61,132 nt of DNA from Candidatus Aenigmatarchaeota archaeon (GTDB taxonomy: Archaea > Aenigmatarchaeota > Aenigmatarchaeia > GW2011-AR5 > JAHLMP01), in contig JAWCLB010000003.1 of assembly GCA_039091735.1 (NCBI GenBank), positions 1,295-62,426 of the forward strand. The letters run 5' to 3'. The notes beneath the pieces are model-generated. The model had not been told where the DNA came from, searched no databases, and saw nothing but the letters and a program-made list of their open reading frames with translations. Shown piece by piece: positions 50,564 through 58,269 of this stretch (positions are counted from its first letter, which is position 1; each line of letters opens with the position of its first letter). Position numbers and translations under genes: made by a program.

Positions 50564-52501
50564 ATGCCAAGGCAGCCAACATCAATGGAATATAAGGTTT
50601 TCAAGGAAGAGGATATTTTGGCAAAGAGGCCAACATCACTCTATGAAAGATTGTGTAATGTAGCTGAAAAAATTATAAAAATTGAACCTGACCAAAAAAC
50701 CAAAGAAAAAATAGAGCGAGCAATAAAGATAACACATCTGAATGTCTCCCCAGAGGGCGTTGGCTCTCTTACTGTTCTTTCATGCCTTATAATATGCTTT
50801 CTTGGTTTTCTAGGAATTTTGCTAAGTTTTTATCATAATATCCCAGTTTTCTATGGAATCTTCATATTTCTTCTCTCACTTCCTGTAGGTTATTATCTCT
50901 ATAATTATCCTATGAGATATGAAAAGAGGTTTTTAACAGCTATTGGCTCTGAGATAACCTTCTTGATTTTATACATGATTGTCTATTTGAGAGAATCCCC
51001 AAATCTTGAGGGTGCGCTTCGCTTTGCATCGAAAAATTTGTCAGGTCCATTAGCATTGGATATAAGAAAGCTTATGTGGGATATCGAAGTTGGCAAGTAT
51101 AAGACAGTTGATGAGGCATTGATAGATTATACGAGTTTATGGACTGAAGATAGATACTTCATAGAGGCAATCCAGATGCTGAGATCAAGCTTAAAATATA
51201 CAGAGGAGAAAAGGATAGCAACACTTGAAGAGGCAATAAGCATTGTCTTAGAGGGAGCAGAGGAAAAGACAAAACATTATTCTCAAGAGTTGAAGACCCC
51301 TATTCTGCTTTTGCATGCCCTTGGAATTCTCTTGCCTGTTATGGGCTTGGTTATGTTTCCAATTGTTGGGATATTCATGAAAATAAAAGTAGAGGTATTG
51401 TTTCTCGGATACGACGTGATATTACCTCTAGTACTTTATTTCTTCATAACAGATATAATGCAAAGAAGACCACCAACATCGTCACCTATTGCTGAGCACC
51501 CACATATGGCATCAAAAAATAGATTTATCATAAACATCAAAGGCAAACCGCACTCTATTCCATCAATTTTAATAGCTCTTATTATTTCTATTCCAGTTAT
51601 TGTATTTGGTGTTTATACATATCTCTCTAATACTGGTGATAAACTGATAGAGTCAATAATCATAACAACAGGGATTATGATAGGCTTTGTGATGTATTAT
51701 TTCCTCTCTTCATTTCAAAAGGTAAAACTAAGAGAAGAGTTGAGAAAAATTGAATTAGAATTCACAGAAGCGCTGTTCCAACTTGGTAACCAGGTATCAA
51801 CTGGTGTTCCTATTGAGGTTGCAATAGAACGCTCAACAAAAGCCATAGGCGAAATGAATATAAAGAAATTCTTCGCTGTAATTCTAAGAAATATGCAAAG
51901 ATTGGGTATGACATTCTCTCAGGCAATATTTGACCGTGAATATGGGGCAGCCTCATTGTATCCTTCAGTACTAATAAAGTCTATAATGAAAATAGTTGTA
52001 GATTCTGCAAAAAAGGGTGTACAAACCGCCTCTGTGACAATGCTGAACATCTCCAAATATCTGAGAAATGTTCATCAAACCCAAGAAAGGATTCATGATA
52101 TGCTAGAAGATGTCTTGTCATCATTAAGATTTCAAGGGTTTTTGCTAACGCCTTTGGTATCTGGTATAATTGTGACCATGGCAACTATTATGATAGGCAT
52201 ATTACAACAGATTACAGCATCTGTCTCTGGCATTGATGTTCAGACATACATGGCCGGTATTCCGTTTCTACTTAGCAAAATCGGCATTACACCTGGTGCA
52301 TTTCAACTTATCTGCTCGATCTACTTTATTGAAGCCTCTATCCTAACAGGAATGTTTATCAATCGAATAGAAAATGGCGAGGATGAGATAGGAAAGCAGA
52401 ATTTGACATTGAGAATTCTAGTAATAGGTGGCTTTATCTATGCAATCTCGCTGTTTGGCTCTTTGTTTATATTCGGGCCTTTAACAAAAGTGCCTGTCTA
52501 A
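50564..52501 (+). CDS. Large polytopic membrane protein with two T2SSF-like cytoplasmic domains (FlaJ/PilC-like)
   Basis: 645 aa. LRFASKNLSGPLALDIRKLMWDIEVGKYKTVDEAL and LGNQVSTGVPIEVAIERSTKAIGE...RLGMTFSQAI resemble T2SSF domains. Many TM segments. Confidence 0.5.
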   Translation: MPRQPTSMEYKVFKEEDILAKRPTSLYERLCNVAEKIIKIEPDQKTKEKIERAIKITHLNVSPEGVGSLTVLSCLIICFLGFLGILLSFYHNIPVFYGIFIFLLSLPVGYYLYNYPMRYEKRFLTAIGSEITFLILYMIVYLRESPNLEGALRFASKNLSGPLALDIRKLMWDIEVGKYKTVDEALIDYTSLWTEDRYFIEAIQMLRSSLKYTEEKRIATLEEAISIVLEGAEEKTKHYSQELKTPILLLHALGILLPVMGLVMFPIVGIFMKIKVEVLFLGYDVILPLVLYFFITDIMQRRPPTSSPIAEHPHMASKNRFIINIKGKPHSIPSILIALIISIPVIVFGVYTYLSNTGDKLIESIIITTGIMIGFVMYYFLSSFQKVKLREELRKIELEFTEALFQLGNQVSTGVPIEVAIERSTKAIGEMNIKKFFAVILRNMQRLGMTFSQAIFDREYGAASLYPSVLIKSIMKIVVDSAKKGVQTASVTMLNISKYLRNVHQTQERIHDMLEDVLSSLRFQGFLLTPLVSGIIVTMATIMIGILQQITASVSGIDVQTYMAGIPFLLSKIGITPGAFQLICSIYFIEASILTGMFINRIENGEDEIGKQNLTLRILVIGGFIYAISLFGSLFIFGPLTKVPV

Positions 52502-52504
52502 GTT

Positions 52505-52601
52505 GCCCCGTCCGGGATTTGAACCCGGGTCTCAGCCTTTCTCCTTTTTGAGAGGGCTGTATCCTTATCCGTCAAATGTGACCGGACTAGACTAACGGGG
52601 C
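52505..52601 (-). tRNA. tRNA-Glu(CUC) with 10-nt canonical-position intron and an oversized D-arm
   Basis: Minus-strand sequence GCCCCGT TA GTCT [24-nt D-loop] GGAT A CAGCC CTCT-CAA-AAA-GGAG-AAA GGCTG AGAC CCGGG TTCAAAT CCCGG ACGGGGC. The BHB is CTCT/GGAG with bulges CAA and AAA. Removing 52539-52548 leaves the loop CTCTCAA. The D-loop is about 13 nt too long. Confidence 0.6.
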
Positions 52602-52665
52602 TTTTTTGGTCTTTAAACCTATTTAAATATGTAAATATAAATAAAAGTATTAAGAGGTAGATAAA

Positions 52666-52842
52666 ATGGCTGAATTGCTTGTTGTGCGCTCTAAAGTGAA
52701 AGAGTTCGCAAAAAAGAAGAAAATGAGATTCAGCGAGGGTGCAGTAGTTGCACTGAGCAAGGAGGTTGAAGGAATTATAAATAAAGCGATTGAAAGGGCA
52801 AAGGCTTCAAAGCGTGGAACTGTTCAGGACAGGGACATATAA
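52666..52842 (+). CDS. 58-aa histone-fold protein of the alpha3-truncated (DUF1931 / Bd0055-like) type
   Basis: My own translation: MAELLVVRSKVKEFAKKKKMRFSEGAVVALSKEVEGIINKAIERAKASKRGTVQDRDI. The RFSEGAVVALSKEVEG...AKASKRGTVQDRDI stretch parallels histone alpha2-L2-alpha3. Confidence 0.55.
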   Translation: MAELLVVRSKVKEFAKKKKMRFSEGAVVALSKEVEGIINKAIERAKASKRGTVQDRDI

Positions 52843-53553
52843 TAAATTTTTCTTCTTTTTAATTTTTACTTTTTAAAGATTAGTTTTATTTCTAATATAT
52901 TTTGGAAGCGCTTATTTAACGAATTGCTGCAAAGATAGATTAAAGATATCGGTTTTCATAAAGAAATATTAGAAGAGAGGTATGAAGACTGGTTGAAAAA
53001 AGGAATATTAGCAGAGATGATTTTCTCTTCAAACCTTTTCAGAATTTGATGCAAATATCAAAGACGTGAAAAATTTTATTCAAAAAGTCAATAAAATTCT
53101 TGAATGTTTGCTTTGATGAAGCAATTGAAAAGAAACTATTAATGAACATTAAAGGCAAGAATTTAGGATTAAGAGATCTCATTTAGATAATCTTTGAAAA
53201 GCTCTTATCTTTTTGTAAATAGAAAAAATAAGCGTAAGATTTTATAATTTAATTACTCAAAGATTAGATATAAGGCCAGAGGATTACTATTTATTGACAA
53301 TTAAGAATCTAGCACTAAATCTGCAGAATTAATTGACATAGAAATTCTTTCAAGAATCTGAATCAACTAAAATTAAAGAGGAATTTTTTGAGGGACAATT
53401 TCTTGAAATAATTTGTATTTTAGGTTTTGTTGTAGTCTTACAAAAAAATGGTTGTAGAAATCATATTTTATAAGTTCTCTTTTGTTAGAAAGCTAATCTT
53501 TGCATAATACCCGCAATGGTTAAATACTTAAAAAACAATTTTTATTTGATTTA

Positions 53554-53673
53554 GCGAGAGTAGCCAAGTGGTCAAAGGCGCTAGGCTTAGGAGCTAAGGG
53601 CGAAGTTCAGGAGCTTGGCGTTGAGTCACCTAGTCCCTTAGTGGGTTCGTCGGTTCGAATCCGACCTCTCGCA
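53554..53673 (+). tRNA. tRNA-Leu(UAG), class II, 36-nt canonical intron (53592-53627)
   Basis: GCGAGAG TA GCC AAGTGGTCAAA GGC G CTAGG CTTAGG|intron|A CCTAG, variable arm TCCCTTAGTGGGTTC, GTCGG TTCGAAT CCGAC CTCTCGC A. BHB helix is CTTA/TGAG with bulges GGA and TCA. Confidence 0.88.
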
Positions 53674-53710
53674 TCTTTGTAAGTTGCATTATAACCTGCA
53701 CAGCGACGAA

Positions 53711-53826
53711 GCTGATAACCGGAAGGTCGGGAGTTCAAACAGGTTAACGCACCATAGCGTTTGTTGAGAAAATCTCCCCTGGCCCATGCTTAAAGGGCCG
53801 GTAGCTTAGTCTGGTTGGAGCGTCCG
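53711..53826 (+). tRNA. Circularly permuted tRNA-Ile(GAU) gene (nt 31-73 upstream of nt 1-30) with an additional 33-nt T-loop intron
   Basis: 53711-53739 = G31 CTGATAA CCGGA AGGTC GGGAG TTCAAA. 53740-53772 is the insert. 53773-53786 = T CTCCC CTGGCCC A. 53787-53794 is an 8-nt linker. 53795-53826 = GGGCCGG TA GCTT AGTCTGGTTG GAGC G TCCG. All four cloverleaf stems pair. Leader and trailer form hBHBh' (see findings). Confidence 0.8.
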
Positions 53827-53908
53827 GGCTGTGCAAGTTATCTATTCAATATTATCTAACTCTAATAACGAGAAATAGTTCAAAACTGAGAAAATAAAAA
53901 ATAAATAA

Positions 53909-54721
53909 TTAAGCCCCATAAAGCGTTTGTAAACCTGTTACATCCGGTTGTTCAAGTGTTCTCTTTTGAGTTTCTTCGTAGTCAGAATAACCATACATAG
54001 TTATTGCTGAACAAGCTGAATCATATACATCTGCTAAGCCAATTCCATGTCCTAATTCGTGGGTTGCTATGTTTTGTAGGTCCATTACTGCTGTTGGGTC
54101 TTCTGGGTCAGTAGTGGGAGTTGTATCAGCATCCCCCCATCTCCAGTCTGTATCAAACATCATATCGAACTCAACTATTGCTTTCGTTGCTGGATTATAC
54201 CATACTGTGGTTACTGCAATCACTCCTTCAGTTGGATAGTCTCCAAATGTTATAGCATTCTGGTAATCTCGAACGCCATAAGTTGCTTCATAATTGATTG
54301 GGCAAATATCATAATTTTGGAAAAGTTCTTTACTTGTGTTTGCATCCCAGGTCTCAGCTGATGTAATTACAGCACTACAAACAAAACTTTCAGAGAGGCT
54401 TTGTGGATTTGTTGGATTTATTACATAATTTACTGGCAGGGTTTTCCATTTCACTTTACCTGTTAAAAACTTGTAGCAAGAGGGTGCTTTGGGTGCTTTT
54501 GCTGCTTCTGGTTTTCCGTATCCCTTCTTATAGTGGATAAATTCTATTTTCTCTAAACCATGTGGGTTTAATACCCAATCATTGTTTATGGTTGGTGATT
54601 TATCTACAGCTACTCCTGCACTTTCTTTCGCTTTATCTGCTAATGGAATCACAATAGCTGCTGAAGCTGCTACTGCCAAGAAAAGTACTGATATTGCAAA
54701 AATGGAAAGCAGTTCTTTCAT
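53909..54721 (-). CDS. Secreted metzincin-type zinc metalloprotease (matrixin/snapalysin-like)
   Basis: 270 aa. Signal peptide MKELLSIFAISVLFLAVAASAA, zinc motif HELGHGIGLAD, and a downstream Met-turn-like SAITMYGY. Confidence 0.75.
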   Translation of the reverse strand: MKELLSIFAISVLFLAVAASAAIVIPLADKAKESAGVAVDKSPTINNDWVLNPHGLEKIEFIHYKKGYGKPEAAKAPKAPSCYKFLTGKVKWKTLPVNYVINPTNPQSLSESFVCSAVITSAETWDANTSKELFQNYDICPINYEATYGVRDYQNAITFGDYPTEGVIAVTTVWYNPATKAIVEFDMMFDTDWRWGDADTTPTTDPEDPTAVMDLQNIATHELGHGIGLADVYDSACSAITMYGYSDYEETQKRTLEQPDVTGLQTLYGA

Positions 54722-54824
54722 TTACTCACCAGTAATATTATAAACCGAAAAGTATTTAAAGTCTCTCAAGTATTTTTGATACTTTTCAGCAGTCAGTAGG
54801 TAGATATTATCATATCGTGTTGCA

Positions 54825-54895
54825 TGGACCCAGCGAGACTCGAACTCGCGTCTCCGCGCTGCGAACGCGGTGTCCTGCCACTAGACTATGGGCCC
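54825..54895 (-). tRNA. tRNA-Ala(CGC), uninterrupted
   Basis: Minus-strand sequence GGGCCCA TA GTCT AGTGGCA GGAC A CCGCG TTCGCAG CGCGG AGAC GCGAG TTCGAGT CTCGC TGGGTCC A. The G3:U70 Ala identity pair is present. Confidence 0.92.
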
Positions 54896-54906
54896 ATTTT
54901 ATTGAG

Positions 54907-56931
54907 TTATTTCTTATTTATTTGGGAAATGCCCAAAACTTTATTAACTTGAAATATTGTATCTACAAATGATTCAAGCTCTTTCTCATGAGAAACTATA
55001 ATTACTTGATCGCTTTTAATCTCGTCAAGTATATCTCTTAACTTAAATATTTGCTCTTTTGAAAATCCGTCAGTTGGCTCATCTAGAATTAATAGATTTT
55101 CCTTCATGCTTGTGCATACCCTTTTTACCATTAGATTTAGGGCGATTCTATAAGCTAAGGCAACAGATGTCTTCTCCCCTCCACTAAGAGAATTAACATC
55201 AATTTCATAACCATCCTGCTCTATTATAGGAGAGAAGTTCTCATCGACCCTCGCTAATATATCATTTTCCATGAGCATGTAAAAGTATTTTTTGAATGTC
55301 TCATTAAATTCACGGTTTATTTCTTTCATTACAATAGTTTCTATCTCATCCAAGGAAGATGAGAAATAATCTCGAGTGAAGATCATTTTCTCTTCTAGAT
55401 CTTCGCGCATCATTTTCTTTTTCATCTTATCTTCTATTTCCTTTTCTATTCTATTTTTAAGATCTTCAAGAGTTTTTATCTCACCCTCTAGCAAACTAAT
55501 CTTAGAGGTCAGATCGTAAATAGAATTTTCCAAATCTCTTTTCTTTGTCTTCAATCTCGAAACCTCTTCAGCCACATGCTTATTTTCCTCCAGCACTCTC
55601 TTTTTTTGTTTTATTTCGCTTTCTATTTTTGCTATCTCCATCTCAACCTTTTTTATCTTCTCTTCATTCATCTCAAACCTCTTTAAGTTTTCTTCGACCC
55701 TTTTTTCAATCTCTTCCAATTTTCTTACTTGCTCCCTAAATTTTCTAACCCTTTCCAATATTTCACTTGCTTCCTTTTCCTCTGTTCTTGAGCTTTCGAT
55801 CTCTTTTTGTATAATCTCTAATCTATTTTTCATCTCAGCAAGCTTTGCGTCAAATTCCCTCGAAGTTATCTCTCTCAAACAAGTTGGGCATACGCCTTTA
55901 TCTATTATGCTTTCCAAATTTCTTATGTGCAATCTTATTTCAGATTGCTCAGCTATCCTCTCTTCTCTTTTCTTTATTACGCTTCTTATCTTTTCAAATA
56001 ATTCTTCCTCATTAGCCTCTATTTTTTCTAAAACAACGCTTTCCCTTTCCTTTATCATTTTTTCATTTTCCTTCTTCAACAAATCGTTTTCATAAATGAG
56101 ATCAGAAATAATTTTTTCATTATCTTTTTCAATTCTCTCTAGTGCTGGTAGTTCTCCAGAGATTTTATTTATCTCAATCATAATTTGTTCATAATTTTCT
56201 ATTTTCTTCGAAATCTCGTTTAGTTTGCTTTCAAGACTCGATCTCTCAATCTTAAGAGAATTCATATTTGCAATATTATTTTCTATTATCCTTTTTTTCT
56301 CTTCCCTTTCTTTTAATAGGTCATCCAAATTTCTTATTTCCCCGTCAATAAAGCTTATCGTATTTCTTATCTCATCATGTAAAAGCTTGGCATTGTCTTT
56401 TGCAATCTTATAATCCTCAATACCAAAAACCTTTCTAAGGGTCTGCAACCTATCTTCTATTTTCATTTTGAGAATTTCTTTCATCTCTTCTTGTGGGGTA
56501 AATATAGCATAGCGATAAATAAAGGAAGAGCTTCTTGTTCTCACGCTTTCCTTAAAGTTAAGTATCTCCAATATCTTTTCCCTTTGCTCAGAAGAGGTTA
56601 ATCTCAGTTTTCTTCCATTAACAATAATATAACCTTCATCCTGAGAAATTCCCTTTTCTCTTTTCTTAAGCAATCGATATACAATGTAATTCTTTCCATT
56701 TGCCTCAAACTCTAATTCCACTGAGCAATTGTTTTCACCGGCCCTCATAAGAGTTTCTCCGCGCATCTCTCCTAAACCAAATAACGCAAACTCTATTGCA
56801 TAAAGCAAAGAAGACTTTCCTGAACCTACGTCACCCTCAAAAAGAATAACACCCTTAGGAAATTCTATTTCCTCGTCTTTATAAGACCTAAAGTTTCTTA
56901 ATTTCAATCTTCTTATTATCATAGTAAACAC
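54907..56931 (-). CDS. rad50: Rad50 DNA double-strand-break repair ATPase
   Basis: 674 aa. Walker A GDVGSGKSS, coiled coils with zinc hook CPTC, signature LSGGEK, Walker B LLILDEPT. The start may be Met4 (MIIRRLKLRNFRSY). Confidence 0.9.
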   Translation of the reverse strand: MFTMIIRRLKLRNFRSYKDEEIEFPKGVILFEGDVGSGKSSLLYAIEFALFGLGEMRGETLMRAGENNCSVELEFEANGKNYIVYRLLKKREKGISQDEGYIIVNGRKLRLTSSEQREKILEILNFKESVRTRSSSFIYRYAIFTPQEEMKEILKMKIEDRLQTLRKVFGIEDYKIAKDNAKLLHDEIRNTISFIDGEIRNLDDLLKEREEKKRIIENNIANMNSLKIERSSLESKLNEISKKIENYEQIMIEINKISGELPALERIEKDNEKIISDLIYENDLLKKENEKMIKERESVVLEKIEANEEELFEKIRSVIKKREERIAEQSEIRLHIRNLESIIDKGVCPTCLREITSREFDAKLAEMKNRLEIIQKEIESSRTEEKEASEILERVRKFREQVRKLEEIEKRVEENLKRFEMNEEKIKKVEMEIAKIESEIKQKKRVLEENKHVAEEVSRLKTKKRDLENSIYDLTSKISLLEGEIKTLEDLKNRIEKEIEDKMKKKMMREDLEEKMIFTRDYFSSSLDEIETIVMKEINREFNETFKKYFYMLMENDILARVDENFSPIIEQDGYEIDVNSLSGGEKTSVALAYRIALNLMVKRVCTSMKENLLILDEPTDGFSKEQIFKLRDILDEIKSDQVIIVSHEKELESFVDTIFQVNKVLGISQINKK

Positions 56932-56945
56932 CTTCTACTTAATCT

Positions 56946-58118
56946 TTAGCTGAGAATCTTTAGTCCAATCTCTTTTATTCTCTTTTCATAATCAGCTTTT
57001 GTCTCTCCTTTATTTTCCTCTCTCAGGGCATTCAAGAGGTTTAACGAGGTTTTAACATCTTGCAACCTTTTATTCTTGAAATTAAACTTTTTCAAATACT
57101 CCTCAAATAACCTTTTTTCTGTCTCTTCTCTAGTCTCTTCTATTATTTCTATCTCCTCTTCTTCTTTACCCAGCAACTGATTTCTATTTATATAAATTAC
57201 TTTAGCACCTCTCTCTAGAAAATTTTCTTTTATCAAAGAAAAATCTATGTCATAGGGTTTTCCGCTTCTAAGCCTTCCAAATACTTTTATTAAAATTACT
57301 TTATCCTTCACATCAGAAAGGATATCTTTTATTTCCTCCATAACGCTATTTGGATTCTTTCCTGTGACATCGTATTCTAATATGCTTACTTCAGCCTCCT
57401 TTATTTCTATGAATTTGTAATCTATTTTACTATCATCTACGGAAACGATGAAGAAGCCCCTGTCTTCACCTCTTGCTGTATTTTCTAGATCTTGGTACGA
57501 ATAACCGAACAAAGAGCCAGAATAGGCAACTAATGTGTTGCCGATTTTATTAATAGCTCGCTGATGCACATGACCACAAGCTAAATAGTTTACCTCTCCC
57601 TTGAACCTTTTCAAGCTTATTGGCTCTAATCTTGGATCCGGAAAAACCTCTTCTATAGCTGCGTGCAAAACAAATATCTTAAAGGAATTATTATCTAAAA
57701 AGCTTATTTGCGAGATATCTTCCTCGATCTCACCCCTCTTCAATGCCGAGACCCCTGCAATCTTTGCTCTCGTTTTCTTATCTTCAATAAAATTCTTAGT
57801 TAATTTTACAAAAAGGCCAGCAGAGTGCAAAACATCTATTATTGAGGCTTGAATTGGCGAATAATCGTGTGAGCCATAAATCACATAAATCTCTATTCCT
57901 CTGTCCTTCACTTCTCGCATCTTCTTTACAGCTTTACTCAATATCTTAGCGTCTGGCATGTGATTGTCGAATAAGTCACCAGCAACAATAATAAAATCAA
58001 CATCCTCTTCTATGCATTTATCCATTGCTTTTAAGAATGCATTTAGATTCATTTCTCTTAGTGTTAAATCTCTAAAAGCACCGAGATGAACATCTGCGAT
58101 ATGAGCAAATTTTATCAT
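56946..58118 (-). CDS. mre11: Mre11 nuclease
   Basis: MIKFAHIADVHLG, AGDLFD, GSHD, HAAIE, GHVH phosphoesterase motifs. The ORF-track N-terminal extension to 58268 is rejected because it overlaps tRNA-Leu(CAA). Confidence 0.9.
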   Translation of the reverse strand: MIKFAHIADVHLGAFRDLTLREMNLNAFLKAMDKCIEEDVDFIIVAGDLFDNHMPDAKILSKAVKKMREVKDRGIEIYVIYGSHDYSPIQASIIDVLHSAGLFVKLTKNFIEDKKTRAKIAGVSALKRGEIEEDISQISFLDNNSFKIFVLHAAIEEVFPDPRLEPISLKRFKGEVNYLACGHVHQRAINKIGNTLVAYSGSLFGYSYQDLENTARGEDRGFFIVSVDDSKIDYKFIEIKEAEVSILEYDVTGKNPNSVMEEIKDILSDVKDKVILIKVFGRLRSGKPYDIDFSLIKENFLERGAKVIYINRNQLLGKEEEEIEIIEETREETEKRLFEEYLKKFNFKNKRLQDVKTSLNLLNALREENKGETKADYEKRIKEIGLKILS

Positions 58119-58170
58119 GAATAGATTTTGAAAATAAAAATTAAAAATGTTAAATCTAAGTTGAAATAAT

Positions 58171-58267
58171 GCGAGGGTAGCCAAGCGGTCAAAGGCGGTA
58201 GGCTCAAGACCTACTGGCTTAGTGCCTTCGCAGGTTCGAATTTTTTGCGAGAATCCTGCCCCTCGCA
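58171..58267 (+). tRNA. tRNA-Leu(CAA), class II, with 13-nt intron at T-loop position 59/60 (58241-58253)
   Basis: GCGAGGG TA GCC AAGCGGTCAAA GGC G GTAGG CTCAAGA CCTAC TGGCTTAGTGCCTTC GCAGG TTCGAA|ttttttgcgagaa|T CCTGC CCCTCGC A. BHB helix is TTCG/CGAG with bulges AAT and AAT. Confidence 0.85.
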
Positions 58268-58269
58268 TT

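Noticed and set aside
58119-58268. N-terminal 50-codon extension of the Mre11 ORF (ORF track 56946-58268)
   Set aside because: It overlaps the well-formed tRNA-Leu(CAA) gene on the other strand. The conserved Mre11 motif I (MIKFAHIADVHLG) begins at the internal Met at 58118.
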